From Acidobacteriota bacterium (GTDB taxonomy: Bacteria; Acidobacteriota; DATKUA01; JAFGBY01): 25,716 nucleotides of DNA. Within the stretch, counting starts at the first letter, position 1; each line of letters begins with the position of its first letter. The stretch spans positions 1 to 25,716 of the forward strand of contig JAFGBY010000169.1 in assembly GCA_016932915.1 (NCBI GenBank). Reading direction: 5' to 3'. The translations under genes and the position numbers were made by a program. Below are positions 17,854 through 25,526 of the stretch, piece by piece. Under the pieces are notes generated by a model that saw only the letters and a list, made by a program, of their open reading frames with translations, searched no databases and was not told where the DNA came from.

Positions 17854-19167
17854 CTATCCTTTACGCTGTTTTTTCTTCAAGATTTCCACATTTTGCATTT
17901 TTTCTTTAAAAATCTTCTCTTTTCCCCGCTCTGTCGGTAGATAATACTTTCTTTTTTGGAGTTTTTCGGGCAGGCAGCTCATATCGGCAACTCCATCTTC
18001 AAAATCATGGGCGTATTTGTATCCATCCCCGTAGCCTAAATCCTTCATCAGCCTGGTCGGAGCGTTTCTTATATTAAGTGGTACCGGTTCGTTCGGGTAC
18101 TTCCTGATATCCTGCTGGATTGATTTATACGCCGTATAGAGTGCGTTGCTGCGTGGAGCGAGCGCCAGGTAGACAACAGCTTCAGCAAGGGCGAGCGAGC
18201 CTTCAGGCATGCCGATGAAATGCACCGCGTCGCGCGCGTTCAGGGCGATATTCAACGCGCCGGGATCCGCCATGCCGACATCCTCTGATGCAAAACGGAC
18301 GATCCGACGGGCGATATAGAGCGGATCCTCGCCGCCTTCCAGCATCCGGGCGAGCCAGTAGAGCGAGGCATCAACATCGCTGTTGCGCATGCTCTTATGC
18401 AGGGCGGAGATAATATTAAAGTGCTCCTCACCCGCTTTGTCATAATAGAGCGATTTCGTCTGGACGACCTCGTTCACAATCTCCTGTGTGATCACCGTTT
18501 CCACCTCTTCACCGTGCAGGGAAACAGAAATATCGAGGATGTTTAGCGCCCTCCGAGCGTCCCCGTCACTTAAAACCGCAATCAGCTCCAGCGTGTCATC
18601 ATCAATCTTGATCTTTCTTTCACCGAGACCCGAATCCTTATTATCAAGTGCGTTTTTGAGAATGGAGATGATCTGCTCCAACCCGAGTGGGTTGAATGTA
18701 AAAACCCGGCATCGTGAGAGCAATGGCCCAATCACCTCGAAAGACGGATTCTCGGTCGTGGCGCCTATCAGGATAATCGCTCCTGACTCCACGAACGGCA
18801 GGAAAGCATCCTGCTGCGCCTTATTGAACCGGTGGATCTCATCGATAAAGACTATTACCGGCGGCCCGCCAGCCTCGCGGTATTTCTCCGCCTCCTGCAT
18901 GAGTGTCTTCACTTCCTTGATAGATGTAAGCACCGCGGAAAACTTATGGAACCTGCTGCCGGTCTTCTGCGCGATGATATTGGCGACCGTGGTCTTCCCG
19001 CTTCCCGGCGGCCCCCAGAAGATCATGGAAGGGATATTCCCCTCCTCGATCATCCTGCGGAGCGGCTTGCCCTCACCCAGGATATGCTCCTGGCCCATAA
19101 GATCCCCGATCTCCCCGGGCCTCATCCTATCCGCCAACGGCCTGCTTTTATCAACTTGACCTGCCAT
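17854..19167 (-). CDS. rarA: Replication-associated recombination protein A (AAA+ ATPase RarA/MgsA)
   Basis: Walker A GPPGSGKTT. Walker B/sensor FIDEIHRFNKAQQDAF. The C-terminal MgsA region is present. Start re-called at the ATG (MAGQVDK...) preceded by GAGGGA. The ORF-track start is a TTG six codons upstream. Confidence 0.88.
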   Translation of the reverse strand: MAGQVDKSRPLADRMRPGEIGDLMGQEHILGEGKPLRRMIEEGNIPSMIFWGPPGSGKTTVANIIAQKTGSRFHKFSAVLTSIKEVKTLMQEAEKYREAGGPPVIVFIDEIHRFNKAQQDAFLPFVESGAIILIGATTENPSFEVIGPLLSRCRVFTFNPLGLEQIISILKNALDNKDSGLGERKIKIDDDTLELIAVLSDGDARRALNILDISVSLHGEEVETVITQEIVNEVVQTKSLYYDKAGEEHFNIISALHKSMRNSDVDASLYWLARMLEGGEDPLYIARRIVRFASEDVGMADPGALNIALNARDAVHFIGMPEGSLALAEAVVYLALAPRSNALYTAYKSIQQDIRKYPNEPVPLNIRNAPTRLMKDLGYGDGYKYAHDFEDGVADMSCLPEKLQKRKYYLPTERGKEKIFKEKMQNVEILKKKQRKG

Positions 19168-19186
19168 TAGATTTCCCTCGGGCAAT

Positions 19187-19214
19187 ATATTATCACAGTG
19201 ATAGAAATTTGTAA
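19187..19214 (-). promoter_or_regulatory. rarA promoter (-35 TTACAA, 16-nt spacer, -10 TAATAT) with embedded 13-bp perfect palindrome TATCAC-N1-GTGATA
   Basis: Read directly on the minus strand: TTACAAatttcTATCACTGTGATAATAT. The palindrome lies at plus 19191-19203. Confidence 0.45.
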
Positions 19215-19242
19215 TGCGGGTTCATTGATTTCAAAATGAAGA

Positions 19243-20058
19243 TTAAGATTTCTGTTTTTTATATTCGTAGAGGAAGATCGCGGCGGAGAGGGCAACATTA
19301 AATGACTCAACATCGTCGGCAATAGGGATAGAGACCAGCTCATCAGCAAAGAGCCGTGTTGATGGCGAGATTCCCCTGGCTTCCCCACCGAGGACGAGCG
19401 CTGTCTTTTCCGGGAATGTATAATCCCCCAGCGATACACTGCCATCGGCATCCGAAGCTATGATCTTATATCCCCTTTCTCTTAAGGACATAAGGACTTC
19501 ATCTGTCAGGCGGCACTGGCTGATCAAAGTCTTGAGCGCAACCCCCGCGCTGGCTCTTATCACCTTCGGGCCGTAAGGGTCGGCCGAATCACCGCTGAAT
19601 ATAACCTCCCCGGCTCCCATTCCCCTGGAGATACGGGTGATCGTGCCGCAGTTGCCGGGATCGCTGATATTTTCCAGCACTACAACCAAATCACCTTTCG
19701 GCTGCCAGTTTTCAAGTTCCTCAACCGGTATAATATAATCCGGCAGGGTGCAAACTGCGATTATCCCCTGGGAGTTTTCGGTCGTGGTGATCTTCCGGAA
19801 TACATTATCCGTCAGGATATAGACTTTATCGCTATTCGCTCTGAGGATAGGCTTCATCCTGGTATCGTTTTCCAGCGATATCGCTTTCGATTCATCCAGG
19901 AAAATCCGCTCGATATTCACCGCTTTGTTCGCTTCTTCCACGGGGTTCAGCCCTTCCGCGAGGAAAAGCTTCTCTTTCAGACGGTTTTTCTTCATTGCAA
20001 GCGAAGCCGCCTGTTTGACCATCCGGTTCTGTGGGCTGCTGATTATCTCGTTTCTCAT
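19243..20058 (-). CDS. TrmH/SpoU-family RNA 2'-O-methyltransferase (RlmB-like)
   Basis: SpoU C-terminal motifs (ALVLGGEARGIS ... SIPIADDVESFNVALSAAIFLYE). N-terminal substrate-binding-like SPQNRMVKQAASLAMKKNR..FLAEG. Start re-called at the ATG (MRNEIISS), 7 codons inside the TTG-extended track ORF. Confidence 0.75.
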   Translation of the reverse strand: MRNEIISSPQNRMVKQAASLAMKKNRLKEKLFLAEGLNPVEEANKAVNIERIFLDESKAISLENDTRMKPILRANSDKVYILTDNVFRKITTTENSQGIIAVCTLPDYIIPVEELENWQPKGDLVVVLENISDPGNCGTITRISRGMGAGEVIFSGDSADPYGPKVIRASAGVALKTLISQCRLTDEVLMSLRERGYKIIASDADGSVSLGDYTFPEKTALVLGGEARGISPSTRLFADELVSIPIADDVESFNVALSAAIFLYEYKKQKS

Positions 20059-20142
20059 ACTGTTTATTGTATAACGCAATCATACCCAACAGCAAGCAGG
20101 TTTTTACGTCTCGAATGAAAGAGTTACACCCGATTTTCTCAT

Positions 20143-20170
20143 TTGTAATCACTGTTTTTGGTGATATACT
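20143..20170 (+). promoter_or_regulatory. rfbB operon promoter (-35 TTGTAA, 16-nt spacer, -10 TATACT) with embedded inverted repeat ATCAC-N8-GTGAT
   Basis: Read directly: TTGTAAtcactgtttttggtgaTATACT. The -10 ends 25 nt upstream of the ATG at 20196, with AGGGAGAG as RBS. Confidence 0.45.
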
Positions 20171-20195
20171 CTTTTTTTTGTACAGGGAGAGTTTC

Positions 20196-21212
20196 ATGAA
20201 AAAATATCTGGTAACCGGTGGGGCGGGTTTTATCGGCTGCAACTTCGTAAAGCACCTGTTCGAAGCGTATGATAACATTGAAGTTACAGTACTCGACAAG
20301 CTGACTTATTCCGGAAACAAGGATAACCTGAAAGAACTCGAATCCAAGAATAATTATAAATTCGTTGAAGGGGATATCGCCGACCCGGCAGTTGTGGACA
20401 GACTGTTAAAAGATGCCGATATCGTTGTCAATTTCGCCGCGGAATCGCATGTCGACCGCTCCATTATGGGCGCCGATGAACTTACACAGACAAACCTGCA
20501 CGGAACTTACGTGCTGCTCAATGCTGCAAAGAAACACGGCGTCGACTGCTTCCTGCAGATATCGACCGATGAGGTCTACGGCTCCGTGGAAACCGGCTCC
20601 TCCGTAGAGACAGATTTCCTTATGCCGCGTAACCCCTACTCCGCCACCAAGGCAGGCGCCGATCACCTCGCGCTGTCGTATTTCACCACGCACGGCCTAC
20701 CGGTCAAGATCACCCGTTCATCCAACAACTACGGGCCGTACCAGTACCCGGAAAAACTGATACCGTTTTTCCTCACGAATGCGCTGGAAGATAAACCGCT
20801 CCCGCTATACGGGGACGGCCTCAATGTGCGTGACTGGCTCTACGTCCGCGATAACTGCACCGGGATTGACACGGTTATCAACAAAGGAAAAATCGGGGAA
20901 ATCTACAACATCGGCGGCGGAAACGAGATCACGAATGTCGAAATTACTAGGCGGATTCTTGAAATCCTGGACAAACCGGAATCATTGATAACTTACGTAA
21001 AAGACCGTCCCGGCCATGACAAACGCTACAGCCTCAACAGCGCGAAGCTGGAATCCCTCGGCTGGAAGCCTGAAGCTGACTTCGCCGCATCGCTCGAAAA
21101 GACTGTCAAGTGGTACCTGGATAACAGGGACTGGTGGGACGCGATAAAGCAGAAAAATAAAGAATACAAAGAATTCATGGAAAAATATTACAAGGAAAGG
21201 CAAGGAGGATAG
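20196..21212 (+). CDS. rfbB: dTDP-glucose 4,6-dehydratase
   Basis: MKKYLVTGGAGFIGCNFV Rossmann motif. RfbB signature DKLTYSGN. Catalytic YSATKAGADHL (YxxxK). About 339 aa. Start re-called at the ATG after AGGGAGAG; the track ORF extends upstream spuriously. Confidence 0.85.
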   Translation: MKKYLVTGGAGFIGCNFVKHLFEAYDNIEVTVLDKLTYSGNKDNLKELESKNNYKFVEGDIADPAVVDRLLKDADIVVNFAAESHVDRSIMGADELTQTNLHGTYVLLNAAKKHGVDCFLQISTDEVYGSVETGSSVETDFLMPRNPYSATKAGADHLALSYFTTHGLPVKITRSSNNYGPYQYPEKLIPFFLTNALEDKPLPLYGDGLNVRDWLYVRDNCTGIDTVINKGKIGEIYNIGGGNEITNVEITRRILEILDKPESLITYVKDRPGHDKRYSLNSAKLESLGWKPEADFAASLEKTVKWYLDNRDWWDAIKQKNKEYKEFMEKYYKERQGG

Positions 21213-21214
21213 AG

Positions 21215-22180
21215 TTGAAAGTACTAATTACAGGATTTACCGGGTTCGCTGGTTCACACCTGGCCGATTATATTCTTGCGAAACACCCGGATGTAGAAGT
21301 TTATGGAATCAAACGCTGGCGCAGCCGCACGGAAAATATCGATCATCTCAGAAACGAAAAAAGAGTAAAAATACTTCACTGCGATTTCCGCGATCCCGTG
21401 TCAGTATACAATACATTAAAAGAAGTAAGACCGGACCGCATCTTCCACCTCGGCGCGCAGAGCTTCGTGCCGACATCATGGGAAGCCCCGTCCGACACCA
21501 TGACCACTAACATCATGGGCGAGATTAATATCTTCGAGGCGATGAAGGAACTTGGCCTCAAAGATACCCGTGTGCAGATCGCCTGCTCTTCGGAAGAATA
21601 CGGCCATGTGAACGAGGACGAAGTACCGATCAAGGAGACCAATCCTCTCAGGCCTCTGAGCCCCTACGCCGTCAGTAAGGTTACGCAGGATTACCTCGCG
21701 TATCAGTACCATAAGAGCTACGGATTCTTCACGGTCCGCACCCGCGGCTTTAACCATACAGGCCCCCGCAGAGGCGATGTATTCGTAATCTCCGATTTCT
21801 CAAAGCAGATCGCTGAAGCCGAAAAAGGCAAACGCGAGCCTGTGATGTACGTCGGTAATCTCCAGGCCAAGAGAGACTTCACGGACGTACGTGATATGGT
21901 ACGCGCATACTGGCTCTCGCTCGAGAAATGTGACCCGGGCGATGTATACAATATCGCGAGCAACAGCACACATACAATCCAGTCCTGCCTCGACAGGCTG
22001 ATTGCACTCAGTGAAGTTAAGATCGAAGTCAAACAGGATCCAAAGAGAATGCGTCCTTCAGACGTCATGATCCTCTACGGAGACAATACAAAATTCTGTG
22101 AAAAAACAGGATGGAAACCAGAAATCCCGTTCGATAAAACACTTGAAGATACCCTGAACTTCTGGAGGGAACGGGTATAA
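21215..22180 (+). CDS. Extended-SDR NDP-4-keto-6-deoxyhexose reductase family protein (Rmd/Fcd/Tld-like, GDP-mannose-dehydratase fold)
   Basis: MKVLITGFTGFAGSHL. YAVSK (YxxxK). FNHTGPRRG block typical of the Rmd/Gmd family. It uses a TTG start 5 nt after AAGGAGGA and lies 2 nt after the rfbB stop. Confidence 0.65.
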   Translation: MKVLITGFTGFAGSHLADYILAKHPDVEVYGIKRWRSRTENIDHLRNEKRVKILHCDFRDPVSVYNTLKEVRPDRIFHLGAQSFVPTSWEAPSDTMTTNIMGEINIFEAMKELGLKDTRVQIACSSEEYGHVNEDEVPIKETNPLRPLSPYAVSKVTQDYLAYQYHKSYGFFTVRTRGFNHTGPRRGDVFVISDFSKQIAEAEKGKREPVMYVGNLQAKRDFTDVRDMVRAYWLSLEKCDPGDVYNIASNSTHTIQSCLDRLIALSEVKIEVKQDPKRMRPSDVMILYGDNTKFCEKTGWKPEIPFDKTLEDTLNFWRERV

Positions 22181-22189
22181 CCTGTCGTT

Positions 22190-23152
22190 ATGAAGGTTCT
22201 CATTACCGGTATTGAGGGGTTCGCAGGCAGCCACCTGGTTGACCTTCTTTTAAAAGAAGGCTGGGAGATTCACGGGATCAAACATCCGGAATCTTCTTTC
22301 GAAAACATTGCGCATCTCGGGCCCAATGTCAATATTCATGCGATCGACCTAAATGAACATGACCAGGTACGCTCACACTTAGAGAAAATCAAACCTGAGG
22401 GGATTATCCACCTCGCGGCGTTTTCGAGGGTCGGTATGTCATGGCAGAGCAAGGTATATACCTACCGGGTAAATATCCTTGCCACAGCCAACTTGCTCGA
22501 AGCTGCAGCAGAATCGGCATCGCCGCCACGGCTGCTGATGATCAGTTCCGCGGAGGTTTACGGCCCACTGCCGAAGGAAAAAATGCCGATAACCGAGGAT
22601 TACCCTATGAACCCGGTTAATCCTTATGCTGTCAGCAAGGCATCAGTCGAACTTATCACCGGCCAGTTCATGCGCGAGAGGCCGGACCTCAATTGGAAGA
22701 TAGTACGCCCGTTCAACCACACTGGCCCCCGGCAGACTCTCGGTTTCGTCTGCTCCGATTTCGCGCGGCAAGTCGCTTTGATCGAAGCCGGAAAGATGGA
22801 GCCTGAGATAATGGTCGGCAACCTCGCGGCGGAGAGGGATTTCTCCGATGTACGAGATATAGTCCGCGCGTATAAGCTATTGCTGGAATCTGACAGCGCC
22901 GATACCTACCAGGTCTGCAGCGGGACGGCATACCCGATCAAGGGAATCCTGGAGCTCCTGCTGGAAAAAAGCAGCCGGGAGATAAAAGTCTCCGTTGACG
23001 AGAGCAAATTGAGGCCGATAGATACGCCTATGATCGTAGGCGATAACTCGAAGATAAAGAAAGACCTCGGCTGGGAACCGCAGTATTCCTTCGAGAAGAC
23101 CCTGGAAGACCTGCTCGAATACTGGCGGGGAAAAATAAAAGGCGACGCGTAA
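22190..23152 (+). CDS. Extended-SDR NDP-4-keto-6-deoxyhexose reductase family protein (second Rmd-like paralog)
   Basis: MKVLITGIEGFAGSHL, YAVSK and FNHTGPRQ. It is colinear with the upstream paralog and 9 nt downstream of it. Confidence 0.65.
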   Translation: MKVLITGIEGFAGSHLVDLLLKEGWEIHGIKHPESSFENIAHLGPNVNIHAIDLNEHDQVRSHLEKIKPEGIIHLAAFSRVGMSWQSKVYTYRVNILATANLLEAAAESASPPRLLMISSAEVYGPLPKEKMPITEDYPMNPVNPYAVSKASVELITGQFMRERPDLNWKIVRPFNHTGPRQTLGFVCSDFARQVALIEAGKMEPEIMVGNLAAERDFSDVRDIVRAYKLLLESDSADTYQVCSGTAYPIKGILELLLEKSSREIKVSVDESKLRPIDTPMIVGDNSKIKKDLGWEPQYSFEKTLEDLLEYWRGKIKGDA

Positions 23153-23155
23153 ACC

Positions 23156-24169
23156 ATGGCAAAAAAAGTTTTAATTATTGGTGGCACAGGTTTCCTCGGC
23201 AAAACCATAATTAAAGGCCTTCTGGATAAGGGTTACTCCGTAAGGCTGTTGCACAGGAAAAACAGCAACCTCGAGGGAATCCCTAAAGAAGTCGAAAAAG
23301 TAATCGGTGACGTTACCGATTTTGAATCCCTGCGCGCAGCATACAAGGGCGTCGACTATGCGATCCATTCCGCAGCGCTCGTAACCCAGTGGATGAAAGA
23401 CAGCTCGGTGTTCGACCGAATCAATGTTGAAGGTCTCGATAATTCACTCCGCGCGGCAAAAGAAGCCGGAGTTAAAAAAATAGTTTATACATCATCATTT
23501 ATGGCTCTCGGCCCCAGCATCGGGGCACCCTCGACCGAAAAAGACCTGCATAAAAGAAAAAAGTTTTTTAATGATTATGAACGGACCAAATACCTTGCGG
23601 AATTGAAGCTCGATGACTACATCGCTGAAGGCATCCCCCTGGTCACCGTTTACCCGGGCGTAATCTACGGCCCCGGCGATATCACAGAAGGGAACATCGT
23701 CATCCGCAATTTCCTGCTGCCCCGCATAGAGGGCACATTCCTCGGCCTGTTTTTACTGGGCAGGGGAAAAGGGCTTTGGTCATACAGCTATGTCGATGAT
23801 GTTGCCGCTGGCCATATCAATGCGCTGGAAAAGGGAAAAATCGGCGAATCTTATATACTCGCGGGTGAAAACGCCAACCACCGCCAACTCTTTGCCCTGT
23901 TGCAGAAATACAGCGGTGTGAAGACCCCGCCCCTTCGTATGCCTTTCTGGGCAGCAAAGATGAAAGGGGCCCTCGACCTCACCATCGCAAGGATATTCGG
24001 CAAACAACCCGCCGTCACGCCGGGAGCAGTCGCCGTTTTCCAGAAAGACTGGGCATATGACAGCTCCAAGGCGGAAAAAGAAATTTCATATAGAACCCGC
24101 AGCCTCGAAGAAGGCATGAAAAAGACTGTTGAATGGTTAAAAAGGGAAGGCTATGTCAAAACAAAGTAA
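23156..24169 (+). CDS. NAD(P)-dependent epimerase/dehydratase-family SDR (DFR/3beta-HSD/HpnA-like)
   Basis: N-terminal VLIIGGTGFLGKTII Rossmann motif. YxxxK-type centre (YERTKYLAE). 337 aa. It starts 3 nt after the upstream stop. Confidence 0.6.
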   Translation: MAKKVLIIGGTGFLGKTIIKGLLDKGYSVRLLHRKNSNLEGIPKEVEKVIGDVTDFESLRAAYKGVDYAIHSAALVTQWMKDSSVFDRINVEGLDNSLRAAKEAGVKKIVYTSSFMALGPSIGAPSTEKDLHKRKKFFNDYERTKYLAELKLDDYIAEGIPLVTVYPGVIYGPGDITEGNIVIRNFLLPRIEGTFLGLFLLGRGKGLWSYSYVDDVAAGHINALEKGKIGESYILAGENANHRQLFALLQKYSGVKTPPLRMPFWAAKMKGALDLTIARIFGKQPAVTPGAVAVFQKDWAYDSSKAEKEISYRTRSLEEGMKKTVEWLKREGYVKTK

Positions 24170-25496
24170 TTTCAGTGAAATAGGGAGAAAATCTCTTCAT
24201 ATAGCGATGGTCTTGTTCGCGTTCCTGCTCAAATATCTGAGTTTGCCGGTCGCCCTGCTCTGCGCAATCGGCGCTCTGCTGAATAACCTGTTTATCCTGC
24301 CGAGGCTCACGGCAAAATTCTACAGGGAAGGCCAACCGAAGGACATCGGCATCATCTTCTACCCGATTTCCGTCTTTTTCGTAATACTTTTCTTCCCGAA
24401 CCATGTCTACCTTGCTGCTGCGCTCTGGGCGATAATGGCTTTCGGTGACGGATTCGCGACCATCTTCGGCAAACGCTGGGGTGTGGCTAAATTGCCCTGG
24501 AGCAAAGATAAATCCTGGGTCGGCTCGTTCGCATACGTAGTCTTCGCGACTGCCGGGGCTTCACTGCTCATCTGGTGGACGCTGCATCCGCTGGCAGAAG
24601 GTGAATCGGTTTATTTCTTCTATTTCTGGCTGCCGTTCATTCTTTCCCTGATATCTTCCCTGATGGAATCTCTCCCCTTCGGAGTTAACGACAATCTGCT
24701 CGTCCCGATGGTAGGAGCTTTCACCGCATATATAATGGTTACCCTGCATTATTCCCCGGCACCTGATTGGAGCATAATCAAAGAACACGCTCTTATCGGA
24801 TTCGGTATTACTTTCGTATTCGGGTTTTTAGCATTTATTATGAAACTGGTCTCGAAGACCGGTTTCATCGCCGGAGTTATTGCCGGTACAATTATCTACG
24901 TTTTCGCGGGTTGGATGGGATTTGTCCTGCTTGCTCTCTTCTTCACTATCGCTTCGGGCCTGACCAAGTTCGGCTATAAGACAAAAGAATCACGTGGCCT
25001 CGCCCAGGAAGAAGGCGGCGCGAGAGGCACCAAACATGTCGCCGCGAACGTCTCCCTGCCGATAATCCTTGCCGTTATCTTGTTCTTCTCGTGGTATAAC
25101 CCGGTCTTCGCCGTAGCCTTTGCCGCGGCGCTCGCAACCGCGTTGTCTGACACATCCTCATCCGAGTTCGGACAGCTGTATGGTAAAAACACATTTATGA
25201 TAACGACATTTCGGAAAGTCCCGCCGGGAACTGATGGCGCTGTTTCCGTGGAAGGTACTCTTGCCGGCCTCGTAGGGCCGTTCATCATTGGCGCAGCAGC
25301 TTACTTTACCGGGTTTACACCTACAATATGGGCGATATTCATCATCGGCTTTGCAGGTTTCTTCGGCAACCTGGTCGAGAGCTACATGAACGCTCTCGTC
25401 AAGAACAAGGCGGCAGCGGACAACGAACTGATGAACTTCCTCAACACAGTAACCGGCGCTGGCCTGGCAATACTGGGGTATAATTTGATTTTCTAA
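24153..25496 (+). CDS. Polytopic membrane fusion protein: N-terminal CTP-dependent prenol/dolichol-kinase-like (CTP_transf_1; VTE5/Sec59/CdsA family) domain + C-terminal DUF92 (VTE6/TMEM19-like) domain
   Basis: Hydrophobic throughout, with about 12 predicted TM segments by eye. N-domain motifs RKSLHIAM and MAFGDGFATIFGKRWG (the CdsA/dolichol-kinase signature). C-domain has a Gly-rich TM core with GTDGAVSVEGTLAGLVGPF, reminiscent of DUF92. It overlaps the upstream SDR gene by 17 nt. Confidence 0.55.
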   Translation: MSKQSNFSEIGRKSLHIAMVLFAFLLKYLSLPVALLCAIGALLNNLFILPRLTAKFYREGQPKDIGIIFYPISVFFVILFFPNHVYLAAALWAIMAFGDGFATIFGKRWGVAKLPWSKDKSWVGSFAYVVFATAGASLLIWWTLHPLAEGESVYFFYFWLPFILSLISSLMESLPFGVNDNLLVPMVGAFTAYIMVTLHYSPAPDWSIIKEHALIGFGITFVFGFLAFIMKLVSKTGFIAGVIAGTIIYVFAGWMGFVLLALFFTIASGLTKFGYKTKESRGLAQEEGGARGTKHVAANVSLPIILAVILFFSWYNPVFAVAFAAALATALSDTSSSEFGQLYGKNTFMITTFRKVPPGTDGAVSVEGTLAGLVGPFIIGAAAYFTGFTPTIWAIFIIGFAGFFGNLVESYMNALVKNKAAADNELMNFLNTVTGAGLAILGYNLIF

Positions 25497-25526
25497 TTAA
25501 GCTTTTACTGTAATAAATATTCACTA

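Noticed and set aside
19168-19185. TTG-extended start of rarA (MPEGNL...).
   Set aside because: The extension would begin inside the -10/SD region. The ATG at 19167 is preceded by GAGGGA at proper spacing.
20067-20195. Long N-terminal extension of the rfbB ORF (MYNAIIPNSK...), and the 135-aa minus-strand ORF 19892..20299 crossing the divergent promoter.
   Set aside because: Both run through an intergenic promoter region containing -35/-10 elements and an SD (AGGGAGAG) for the ATG at 20196. RfbB homologs begin at MKK..LVTGGAGFIG.
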